From positions 1-36,204 of the IMG/VR virus record IMGVR_UViG_3300021399_000310: 36,204 nt of DNA, one strand, 5' to 3'. The notes below the pieces were generated by a model that worked only from the letters and a program-made list of their open reading frames with translations, was not told the origin of the DNA and did not search any database. The stretch comes from a virus. The stretch's first letter is position 1; every line of letters begins with the position of its first letter. A program made the translations under genes and the position numbers. This document shows, one piece after another, positions 6,860-13,664 of the stretch.

Positions 6860-6888
6860 TTGATAATATACTGCGAGAAGTATACAAT
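6860..6888 (+). promoter_or_regulatory. Near-consensus sigma-A/sigma-70 promoter
   Basis: TTGATA (6860-6865), 17-nt spacer, TACAAT (6883-6888). It lies 30 nt upstream of the AAGGAG RBS of the 6920 gene. Confidence 0.6.
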
Positions 6889-6919
6889 AATAGTGCAAGA
6901 TGAAAAGGAGATTAAGAAC

Positions 6920-7288
6920 ATGACAAAGACTAAGATTTACGGAAACGAGAAGACGAACCTCAAGCTCACGGCGGCTGCCGAGTATGTGCGGAACCAGACA
7001 GACCCGCTCGACATCATGGAACACATCGAAGAAGACGGCACTATCTGGTACTCGGTCAGAGAGGACTACACGGACGGATTCTACGGATGCTACACCGCCG
7101 ACGAGATCAACGAGCACATCGAAGAGCTTATGGACGAAGCGGAATTCGTTCTGAACGCGGACGAGCCGGAACACTACGGCGCGGATGCTGAAAACGGCAT
7201 GGTTCTCACGTTCAGCGAGATCAAACGCCTCGCGAAAGAATGGGACGTACCGATCGACCTGATCATGGCAGACATGGAGGCAAAATGA
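6920..7288 (+). CDS. Highly acidic 122-aa protein (about 25% D/E), unknown function; DNA-mimic-like composition
   Basis: RBS AAGGAG. I counted 30 D/E against about 10 K/R. Confidence 0.75.
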   Translation: MTKTKIYGNEKTNLKLTAAAEYVRNQTDPLDIMEHIEEDGTIWYSVREDYTDGFYGCYTADEINEHIEELMDEAEFVLNADEPEHYGADAENGMVLTFSEIKRLAKEWDVPIDLIMADMEAK

Positions 7289-7464
7289 GCACAGAGAGCG
7301 AGAAGCGGGCGAAAAATAAATACGGGCGGGAGCGGATGACCTCGATCGCCTTCAGGCTTCACAATGAGAACGACGCGGAACTGATCGAGATTTACAGGAG
7401 CATCCCGGACAAAGCCGGGTGGTTCCGGGAAGTGCTCAGGGAATACAAAAGGCGGGCAAAATGA
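7285..7464 (+). CDS. Small RHH/Arc-like DNA-binding protein
   Basis: GGAGG RBS and an ATGA overlap. Sequence KRAKNKYGRERMTSIAFRLHNENDAELIEIYRSI shows the beta-strand plus helix pattern of ribbon-helix-helix proteins. Confidence 0.6.
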   Translation: MSTESEKRAKNKYGRERMTSIAFRLHNENDAELIEIYRSIPDKAGWFREVLREYKRRAK

Positions 7465-7476
7465 CCCGCTTTTTTG
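7452..7476 (+). terminator. Rho-independent terminator
   Basis: Stem GCGGG / CCCGC spanning the stop codon, followed by TTTTTT. Confidence 0.7.
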
Positions 7477-7578
7477 GTTGTTTTTCGGCTATTTTTTCGG
7501 CTGGATTCTCAGAAAGCCTTTAAACACAGCGCTTTCAGAGAACATCCGTTTCCCGTACAGCGCTTAAAGCACAGAAAA

Positions 7579-7609
7579 GCAGTCGGTGGATCCGGCTGCT
7601 CTTTTTTTG
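7579..7609. terminator. Hairpin at the integrase 3' end, possibly a bidirectional terminator
   Basis: Stem GCAGTCGG / CCGGCTGC (one G-U pair), with an A-run 5' and a T-run 3' on the + strand. It abuts the int stop at 7610. Confidence 0.55.
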
Positions 7610-8860
7610 TTATTCTGCGGACTTTTCCCAGCAAATAAGGGCAATTGCAGCACTCAGACGCAGCGCCCAATACTTCCGGAGAATGGCGGTGCGTGGTTCT
7701 TCGTGGCGTTTGTTTTTCGGCTGGAATTCGGCTGGCGCTTCCAGAGACCGCGCCTTGAGCGCTTCGTACAGCTGATCGTCGGTCGACCGGGCATAATCGA
7801 GGGTCATTCCAAACGACGAATGCCCGAGAATGTCCCTGGCTATGAGCGAATTTCCGGCATTGATCAATTCCGTGGACATGAGATGCCGCAGCATATAAGC
7901 GTGAAAGTCTATCCCCTCACGAGCTGCGACATCGTGAATGATATCGGAGATCGCGGAGACACTGCGCGGCTTTCCGTGCCGATCGGCGAGAAGCAGATCA
8001 TACCGTGCCCAGAGAAGCAGATCCGAGAGTATAGGGCGCAGGTCCTCAGCGACCGGAACACGGCGCACAGACTCGTCGGTTTTCGTTGGGACGATCTGCC
8101 GCTTTGCTTTTGATGTTGACCCGACCTGTTTTGTGATCGAAATGAACGTCGGGTGAATATCATCCCGTGTCAGGGCAAGACCCTCAGCAGGGCGGCAGCC
8201 GGTGAAGTACATGATCAGCAGCAGGTACCAGATGCACCGGCTGTCATACGCTTCGACACCGCGGTTGTTATACAGCAGAACCGCGTCCAGAATCCGCGAG
8301 AAGTCTGCCATGGTCATTGATTGGTTCCTGCGCTGGATGACTTTCTTCGACTTCGGAACGACCACGGCGATGGTTTTGTCCTCGATCGGATATTCCAAAA
8401 TCACGCAGACCCGGTACAACTGTTTCCAGATCGACATGAGCCGGTGGATCGCATCGTCTGAATGGTTTTCTGCGTACGCATTGATCGTCGCCTGTATATC
8501 AGCGACAGAGACTTTGTTGATCGGCGTGTCGGCGAGATCGGCGAGAGCCTTCCGGAAGATCGTGTCCTGCTTTTCCTTGGTTGCTACGGATAGAGGCAGG
8601 ACTTCCTGCTTCAGCTCATACAGGCGACCGACCGTGGGATAGACGGCGCGGATCTTCCCGGCGGCAATATCCAGCAGGGCGTTGTTTCTGATCTTCTGGG
8701 CGAGAGCCAGGGCGGCTTTTTCGCTGCCGCAGTCAACGACCCGGACCGTTTCCGTGAACCGCTGCCGCCTGCCGGCGTCATCCGTATAGGGTATCTCAAC
8801 GAGAAAAGCAGATCCGTAAGACCGGGAGCGTTTTCTGATGTACTTTGTGTCTTTTGCCAT
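7610..8860 (-). CDS. int: Tyrosine integrase (site-specific recombinase) with an N-terminal arm-type DNA-binding domain
   Basis: Arg in GCRPAEGLAL, H-x-x-R in AYMLRHLMS, and GHSSFGMTLDYAR (His...Tyr). GAGG RBS 8 nt before ATG 8860. Confidence 0.92.
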   Translation of the reverse strand: MAKDTKYIRKRSRSYGSAFLVEIPYTDDAGRRQRFTETVRVVDCGSEKAALALAQKIRNNALLDIAAGKIRAVYPTVGRLYELKQEVLPLSVATKEKQDTIFRKALADLADTPINKVSVADIQATINAYAENHSDDAIHRLMSIWKQLYRVCVILEYPIEDKTIAVVVPKSKKVIQRRNQSMTMADFSRILDAVLLYNNRGVEAYDSRCIWYLLLIMYFTGCRPAEGLALTRDDIHPTFISITKQVGSTSKAKRQIVPTKTDESVRRVPVAEDLRPILSDLLLWARYDLLLADRHGKPRSVSAISDIIHDVAAREGIDFHAYMLRHLMSTELINAGNSLIARDILGHSSFGMTLDYARSTDDQLYEALKARSLEAPAEFQPKNKRHEEPRTAILRKYWALRLSAAIALICWEKSAE

Positions 8861-8952
8861 AACCAAACCTCAAATCAAAAAACCAAACCAAAACCAAAAC
8901 GAAACCAAAGAAAACCAAACAGAAACCAAACCATAACCAAAGGAAAACCAAA
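8861..8952. repeat. Block 1: eight same-strand AACCAAA repeats at 10-11 bp phasing
   Basis: Copies start at 8861, 8881, 8892, 8903, 8913, 8924, 8935 and 8946. The first copy abuts the int start codon (ATG 8860-8858 on the minus strand). Confidence 0.9.
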
Positions 8953-8965
8953 AACAAAACTAGGT

Positions 8966-8998
8966 TTTTTGAGTTTTTGCGAAAGTTTTTGAGTTTTT
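8966..8998. repeat. 13-bp direct repeat TTTTTGAGTTTTT, two copies 20 bp apart (phased T-tracts)
   Basis: 8966-8978 and 8986-8998 are identical. Confidence 0.85.
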
Positions 8999-9073
8999 CG
9001 GAAAAACACTAAAAACGAGAGAAACAGAGAGACGCGGCCAGAGGCGAGGATTCTCAGCAGATCCGGCGGTTCA

Positions 9074-9131
9074 TTTTGGGAAATAATCAGAAAATGCAGT
9101 GTTTATGGGCATTCACCATTATTTCCCAAAA
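9074..9131. repeat. Perfect 14-bp inverted repeat with a 30-nt spacer that contains a nested 5-bp inverted repeat
   Basis: TTTTGGGAAATAAT (9074-9087) and ATTATTTCCCAAAA (9118-9131). The inner repeat is AATGC (9093-9097) and GCATT (9109-9113). Confidence 0.9.
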
Positions 9132-9180
9132 ACCAAACCATAACCAAACCATAACCAAACGAAACCAAACCGTAACCTAA
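9131..9180. repeat. Block 2: four AACCAAA repeats plus one degenerate AACCTAA, 10-11 bp phasing, same orientation as block 1
   Basis: Copies start at 9131, 9142, 9153 and 9163, with the degenerate copy at 9174. Confidence 0.9.
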
Positions 9181-9224
9181 AGAAAAAGAATAAGTAGAAA
9201 GATAAAGAATAAGTAAAAAGAGAA

Positions 9225-9252
9225 AGTATAAAGAGAAAAAGCACAGCGTCAA
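9225..9252 (-). promoter_or_regulatory. Candidate integrase promoter embedded in the upstream terminator
   Basis: On the minus strand: TTGACG, 16-nt spacer, TATACT. On the + strand these are 9247-9252 and 9225-9230. Confidence 0.45.
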
Positions 9253-9264
9253 AAAGTTGACGCT
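9231..9264 (-). terminator. Rho-independent terminator of the RHH gene
   Basis: Perfect 8-bp stem AGCGTCAA / TTGACGCT (9245-9264) with a 4-nt loop, followed on the minus strand by GUGCUUUUUCUCUU. Confidence 0.6.
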
Positions 9265-9476
9265 ATGCCATCATCCTTCTCTTTTTTTCCTGTCTCAAGT
9301 TTTGTGTGCAGATCGAGCTCTGGGTACTCATCCTTCAGGGCATCCATACCTGCCCGGAGGATCATCTCGATGACCTGCGCCTTTGACTTGAATCTGTTCG
9401 CATAAAAACAGTCTTCGATCGCCTTTGCAATCTCCGGCGAGAAGTTGCCGCCAATAAATGGTTTTGTCGTTGCCAT
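9249..9476 (-). CDS. Ribbon-helix-helix protein, candidate lysogeny repressor
   Basis: GGAGGAAGG RBS before ATG 9476. Sequence TKPFIGGNFSPEIAKAIEDCFYANRFKSKAQVIEMILRAG. It sits in the leftward arm of a divergent promoter region next to int. Confidence 0.65.
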   Translation of the reverse strand: MATTKPFIGGNFSPEIAKAIEDCFYANRFKSKAQVIEMILRAGMDALKDEYPELDLHTKLETGKKEKDDGIASTF

Positions 9477-9495
9477 AAACCTTCCTCCTTCTTTC

Positions 9496-9518
9496 ATTAT
9501 AACTTTAAAACTTTTAAA
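9496..9518 (-). promoter_or_regulatory. Leftward -10 (TATAAT) with an adjacent palindromic operator candidate
   Basis: Minus-strand TATAAT is + strand 9496-9501. The palindrome TTTAAAA-C-TTTTAAA lies at 9504-9518. No good -35 element. Confidence 0.4.
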
Positions 9519-9541
9519 CGCTGAAATAATTAAATTTTTGC

Positions 9542-9595
9542 TTGCTTCTGATGTTCTGATGGTTTAAGATTAGTACAGACGTAAAGTCTTAAACC
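9542..9595 (+). promoter_or_regulatory. Rightward early promoter plus inverted-repeat operator
   Basis: TTGCTT (9542-9547), 17-nt spacer, TAAGAT (9565-9570). The 9-bp inverted repeat GGTTTAAGA (9561-9569) / TCTTAAACC (9587-9595) overlaps the -10. Confidence 0.5.
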
Positions 9596-9612
9596 TTAAG
9601 AAAGGAGGAACG

Positions 9613-9804
9613 ATGGAGGAAACGAGAGAAACAAAGCAGCCAAGCGTGATTGGATGGACACCGAGCACCGAAGAGCTGGAGATATTCGACAAGCTGCAGA
9701 GAAAATTCTACACGCTGAACAAGTCCGATATCCTTCGCAAGGTATTTGCGATCGGCTCGGACGAGCTCTTAAAGGGAGAGCAGCAGAATGTTCGCGACTT
9801 ATGA
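9613..9804 (+). CDS. Small RHH/Cro-like early regulator
   Basis: AAAGGAGG RBS. First rightward gene. Sequence VIGWTPSTEELEIFDKLQRKFYTLNKSDILRKVF. Confidence 0.6.
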   Translation: MEETRETKQPSVIGWTPSTEELEIFDKLQRKFYTLNKSDILRKVFAIGSDELLKGEQQNVRDL

Positions 9805-10024
9805 CGCACAGGAGACCGCGGCGCGTATCGGCATTGACAGGCACAGCCTGCCGCTGATGCGAGAGCTCGGGATCCTGAAAGGGATCAAGACCGGAAGGGG
9901 CTGGAGATACTCGGACGAAGAACTCGCGGCATTCTGGGAAGAATACCTGGGCGAGGATTTATCCAACGAGGAGCACATCCGGATGACGGCACTGATCCAC
10001 AGAAAAAAAGCCGCGGGACGGTAG
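9788..10024 (+). CDS. Excisionase-type / MerR-like HTH DNA-binding protein
   Basis: Sequence YDAQETAARIGIDRHSLPLMRELGILKGIKTGRGWRYSDEELAAF fits the Xis-family HTH pattern. Confidence 0.6.
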   Translation: MFATYDAQETAARIGIDRHSLPLMRELGILKGIKTGRGWRYSDEELAAFWEEYLGEDLSNEEHIRMTALIHRKKAAGR

Positions 10025-10088
10025 ACGGGTTCCAGCGGCTCAGCCTTCGGGAAAAGGCTTAACTCAATTTTACAGGAGACAGAAGACA

Positions 10089-10193
10089 ATGAAAAGAATC
10101 GGCAGAATTGATTGGTGCGCGGTATGGCAGATTTCCTTCTTCGCGTACATGATGATCCGGGGATTATTCTGGGTCATGGGCATCGACTTATGA
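10089..10193 (+). CDS. Possible 34-aa hydrophobic peptide
   Basis: AGGAGA RBS. Sequence MKRIGRIDWCAVWQISFFAYMMIRGLFWVMGIDL. Third-position GC is about 68%, against about 43% in the overlapping track frame. The stop forms an ATGA overlap with the next gene. Confidence 0.35.
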   Translation: MKRIGRIDWCAVWQISFFAYMMIRGLFWVMGIDL

Positions 10194-10420
10194 TTGACAT
10201 GCACTTCTGGGCGGCGCAGCGCACAGACAGCGAAAGAGCGGAAGCAGCAGCGCGGATATGGGCAGAAGATGCGGCAGAAGACCGGATCGAGGAAGAAACA
10301 CAGCGTCTTCGGGAACTGATCGCAGCCGGAGAATACACAGAAGACGAAGCGGCTGAGGAACTGTTCTGGGAAACAGGGATCTACGAAGACGAAGGAATCG
10401 AACTTTTGAAAGGAGAATAA
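10190..10420 (+). CDS. Acidic 76-aa protein, unknown function
   Basis: The 3' two-thirds of track ORF 10112..10420. The start was re-assigned to ATG 10190 on the basis of codon bias and the ATGA coupling. Confidence 0.5.
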   Translation: MIDMHFWAAQRTDSERAEAAARIWAEDAAEDRIEEETQRLRELIAAGEYTEDEAAEELFWETGIYEDEGIELLKGE

Positions 10421-10426
10421 AAAACA

Positions 10427-10705
10427 ATGACTCACGCAGGAACGGACAACACAGTCCAGACATTTAACGACATCATGACGGAAGCACTTCTCAACAGGGA
10501 CGCGATGTTCCTCGAAAACGTGGCGACAGATAACGAGGTCGCAAAGAGCGGGCAGATCATGGCGTACGGCTCTTTCGACCGCTACAAGCTTGTCAACTAC
10601 GTCAACAGCTACGGTTACGACGTGATGAACGCATTCATCGCAGATTGGCGGCAGAAAATTGCCGCACACGCAGCGCACGAAGAGCAGGAGGAGGCTGAAG
10701 CATGA
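10427..10705 (+). CDS. Hypothetical early protein
   Basis: AAGGAGA RBS. Coding-like. No motif recognised. Confidence 0.65.
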   Translation: MTHAGTDNTVQTFNDIMTEALLNRDAMFLENVATDNEVAKSGQIMAYGSFDRYKLVNYVNSYGYDVMNAFIADWRQKIAAHAAHEEQEEAEA

Positions 10706-11421
10706 CAGAGAAGGCAGCAACCGTCCAGAAGTACGACGGATGGAGCGTTTACAGGAAGCTCGCCAGAGCGCGCGTAATGCTTCAGAGACGCAACCTGAAG
10801 AAAAGCGGGAACAACAAGTTCGCCGGATTCACCTACTTCGAGCTTGCGGACTTCCTTCCGGCAGTTAACGAGATTTTCGACGAACTCGGGCTCTTTGCTT
10901 ACTTCCGGATCGAGGATGCATACAGCGAGGTTGTCAGCGAAGCGACCGGTCTCATGATCGAGAATCCTTCCTGCGCGTACCTGCGCATCTGCAACATCGA
11001 CAAACCGGGCGAGGAGATCACCTTCTCTTCCCCGATCGCGGACGCCGGCACAAAAGGCGCGAGCCCGATCCAGCAGCTCGGCAGCGTGCACACCTATATG
11101 AGGCGGTACCTGTACATGGAGGCGCTGGAGATCGTCGAGAGCGATGGTCTCGATGCCCTGAACGGCACGGACAAGATCGGCGCAGGACAGCAGGCAAAGC
11201 CGGCAGCCCGGCAGCAGAGGAAGGCAGCACAGCCACAGCAGGCTCAGCAGGCGCCGGCACCGATCACGAGCGAGCAGATCGCGCGGATCTACGAGCTTTT
11301 CGCCGGAAATGACCAGAGACTGAACGACATGATGACCGTGTATAAAATCTCGGCAGTCGAGCAGCTCACAGGCACGCAGGCTGCGGCAATCATCAAGAGA
11401 ATGGAGGGAGGAAGCAGATGA
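10702..11421 (+). CDS. erf: ERF-family single-strand annealing protein
   Basis: Motifs GNNKFAGFTYFELADFLPAV and QQLGSVHTYMRRYLYM, with a Q/A/P-rich linker. Confidence 0.8.
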   Translation: MTEKAATVQKYDGWSVYRKLARARVMLQRRNLKKSGNNKFAGFTYFELADFLPAVNEIFDELGLFAYFRIEDAYSEVVSEATGLMIENPSCAYLRICNIDKPGEEITFSSPIADAGTKGASPIQQLGSVHTYMRRYLYMEALEIVESDGLDALNGTDKIGAGQQAKPAARQQRKAAQPQQAQQAPAPITSEQIARIYELFAGNDQRLNDMMTVYKISAVEQLTGTQAAAIIKRMEGGSR

Positions 11422-11744
11422 ACTTCGAAATCACAGTAAAGGACGGGCAGATTCAGCTCGGAGAAGAGGCACAGAAGGTGCTCGCAGAAGCGCGGCGGTT
11501 ATCGCTCCGCATGAAGAAGAACGAGATCCAGATGGAACTCTTCCGGCAGGCGCTGAAGGACGCGATGAGAGAGAACGGGATCACTAAATTCGAGAACGAA
11601 AGCCTGACGGCGACATACACCCCGGAACATACAACTACAAGATTCGACACGAAAGCATTCCGGAACGATCACCCGAAAACGTACGCGAAGTATGTGAAGG
11701 AAAGCCAGGTAAAAGACTCGGTGCGGGTGACGTTCGCCGAATGA
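11418..11744 (+). CDS. Hypothetical protein of the recombination module
   Basis: ATGA coupling on both sides. No motif recognised. Confidence 0.65.
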   Translation: MNFEITVKDGQIQLGEEAQKVLAEARRLSLRMKKNEIQMELFRQALKDAMRENGITKFENESLTATYTPEHTTTRFDTKAFRNDHPKTYAKYVKESQVKDSVRVTFAE

Positions 11745-12304
11745 TCACCTTTGACAGGGAGACGCACACGTACGAGCTGGACGGAAGGCGCCTCCCTTCT
11801 GTTACGCAGATCATCTCGGCACTGAATCCGGAGATCTATGCCGGAGTTCCTGAGCAGATCATGCAGAAAAAAGCGGACTACGGCCAGCGCGTGCATGAAT
11901 GGGTCGAGGCGTATGTCATGACCGGAAGAAAAAAACGGCAGTCCGAGACGATGAAGCTCACAACGGATCAGGTCAAAAAGATCGTCGTCAAAGAGCGTCT
12001 GAACATCCACAGCGTGGAACAGATCGTGTACACCGAGCACTATGCAGGAACCTACGACATGTACGGAACATGGCGCGGCGTACCGACTCTGATCGACATA
12101 AAAACGACCGCGGAGCTTCACGAGGATCTGCTTTCTGCTCAGCTCGGGTTTTATAAATATGCGGCGACCGTGCCGATCGAGAAGACCGCGTGCCTTTGGC
12201 TGCCGAAAGCCGGGGTCGCTCAGCTCATCGAGATCGAGCCGATCAGCCGGGACGCGGTGGATTGGATGGTGTACAGGTATGAGTCAGAGCATAATCCAGA
12301 CTGA
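11741..12304 (+). CDS. PD-(D/E)XK (Cas4/RecB-like) exonuclease
   Basis: HTYELDGRRLPSVTQI, then GTYDMYG...LIDIKT (D...D/ExK), then QLGFYKYA (QxxxY). Confidence 0.8.
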   Translation: MITFDRETHTYELDGRRLPSVTQIISALNPEIYAGVPEQIMQKKADYGQRVHEWVEAYVMTGRKKRQSETMKLTTDQVKKIVVKERLNIHSVEQIVYTEHYAGTYDMYGTWRGVPTLIDIKTTAELHEDLLSAQLGFYKYAATVPIEKTACLWLPKAGVAQLIEIEPISRDAVDWMVYRYESEHNPD

Positions 12305-12578
12305 CGGGATAAAACGGTGTTACTTCACCCACGAATATTGCGGGAGAAACGGCGCGCCGCTGGAGAAGCACCACATCATGAACGGCGCGCTTCGCGATTG
12401 GGCGGAAGAGGAAGGTCTCTGGATATGGGTAGACCCGGAGATTCACCGGCAGCTGCACGAGACGTCCTTCGGGGCTTTGGTACAGAAAAGGCTTCTGAAA
12501 CAGATCGCCCAGATCGCATACGAGAAGACCCACAGCCGGGAAGAATGGATGAGGAAAGTGGGGAAGAACTATGTCTGA
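12279..12578 (+). CDS. Small HNH-like (beta-beta-alpha-Me) protein
   Basis: Sequence CYFTHEYCGRNGAPLEKHHIMNG...DPEIHRQLH. The start is re-assigned to ATG 12279; the upstream part of the track ORF is R-rich alternative-frame noise. Confidence 0.55.
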   Translation: MSQSIIQTDGIKRCYFTHEYCGRNGAPLEKHHIMNGALRDWAEEEGLWIWVDPEIHRQLHETSFGALVQKRLLKQIAQIAYEKTHSREEWMRKVGKNYV

Positions 12579-13227
12579 AGACAGACGGGAAGGATTCGTG
12601 TTTTATCGGTCATACGTCGAAGCGATCCGAGAGCTTCCAGCAGATCAGATGAAGAGGATCTTCCTCGCAATCGCAGACTATGCGCTGGACGGGATCGAAA
12701 CAGAAGACGAAGATCCGACGGTGAATATGGTCATGTGCCTCGTAAAACCGCAGATAGACGCGAACACAAGGCGCTACAGAAACGGCACAAAGGGCGGAAG
12801 ACCGAAGAAGGCAGAAGAACCGGAGCCGGTAAAGCAGGAACCGCGCCAGAAGCCCGCAAAAGCGGGTTGTGAAGCGATTCTACTGAACGATGGGAGCGAA
12901 TGGCAGCCGGACGAAGATGAGTATGCCGAATATGTTCGCCTGTTTCCGGGCGTGAACGTCGGCGAGGAATTCGTAAAAATGCGGTCATGGTCAATCGCGA
13001 ACGGATCGAAGAGGAAGACGCGGAACGGGATCCGGCGCTTCGTTCACAATTGGCTCAGCAAAGAGCAGGACAGAGCAACGGCGAAAACAGGAAACACCGG
13101 CGGAAGAATCACAATCCCAACGCCTCAATACATAAAAGACGCCATGAACGGCGTTGCGGTGGAAGAAGAAAAGCCGTCGGAAGAAATGATCAGAAAATTC
13201 GAAGAAAGGATGAAGACGAAAAAATGA
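12571..13227 (+). CDS. Replication/replisome-organiser-like protein
   Basis: N-terminal GFVFYRSYVEAIRELPADQMKRIFLAIADYALDG and C-terminal RKTRNGIRRFVHNWLSKEQ. The family name is recalled only loosely. Confidence 0.6.
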   Translation: MSEDRREGFVFYRSYVEAIRELPADQMKRIFLAIADYALDGIETEDEDPTVNMVMCLVKPQIDANTRRYRNGTKGGRPKKAEEPEPVKQEPRQKPAKAGCEAILLNDGSEWQPDEDEYAEYVRLFPGVNVGEEFVKMRSWSIANGSKRKTRNGIRRFVHNWLSKEQDRATAKTGNTGGRITIPTPQYIKDAMNGVAVEEEKPSEEMIRKFEERMKTKK

Positions 13228-13655
13228 ACAGAGTGACATTGATTGGGAACCTCGCGAAGGACACCCAGGTATCGAAGACAGGCACAGGAATTTCTGTCTG
13301 CCAGTTTGTGTTGGCGGTCAGCAAGCGGTACGACCGGGAAGCTGCGCCGGATTACATCAACTGCGTAGCGTGGCGGCAGAGCGCCGATTACATCGGGCAG
13401 TACGGGAACAAGGGCGACACCGTTGCGGTAGACGGACGCCTTCAGACGCGCTCGTATGAGGCACAGGACGGTTCCAAGCGCTATGTGACCGAAGTCATCG
13501 CAGACGAGGTGAACATCGTCAGGAAGAAGGCGGCACAGCCGCAGCAGGCACCGGCAGCGCAGCAGCAGGCAGCGCCGGCACCGGAACCGGTAGCAGAACC
13601 AGCAGCAGAACCGGACAACTACATCGAGATCGGCGAAGACGATCTGCCTTTCTGA
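13224..13655 (+). CDS. ssb: Single-stranded DNA-binding protein
   Basis: OB-fold signature MNRVTLIGNLAKD...FVLAV...WRQSA, a Q/A/P linker, and the acidic tip DDLPF. ATGA overlap with the upstream gene. Confidence 0.92.
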   Translation: MNRVTLIGNLAKDTQVSKTGTGISVCQFVLAVSKRYDREAAPDYINCVAWRQSADYIGQYGNKGDTVAVDGRLQTRSYEAQDGSKRYVTEVIADEVNIVRKKAAQPQQAPAAQQQAAPAPEPVAEPAAEPDNYIEIGEDDLPF

Positions 13656-13664
13656 GGTGATGAC

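Noticed and set aside
7586-8113. 175-aa + strand ORF overlapping the integrase.
   Set aside because: It is antisense to an integrase ORF with all catalytic motifs, and it has no RBS. Shadow ORF.
9040-9070. Possible tRNA 3'-end fragment as the attP core (GAGGATTCTCAGCAGATCCGGCGGTTCA).
   Set aside because: I could not build a T-stem/loop or acceptor pairing on either strand, so there is no support for a tRNA-derived core from sequence alone.
8861-9180. Whether the AACCAAA arrays could be a CRISPR array or a satellite-type tandem repeat.
   Set aside because: The repeat unit is only 7 bp at 10-11 bp spacing, so there is no room for spacers. No cas genes are present. The architecture fits protein-binding or bent DNA rather than CRISPR.
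12987-13223. 79-codon N-terminal extension of the SSB ORF (the track start at 12987), and the R-rich ORF 12159..12278 upstream of the HNH-like gene.
   Set aside because: The extensions are Arg/His-rich out-of-frame readings of the preceding genes. Canonical starts at 13224 and 12279 give family-typical N-termini with ATGA or RBS contexts.
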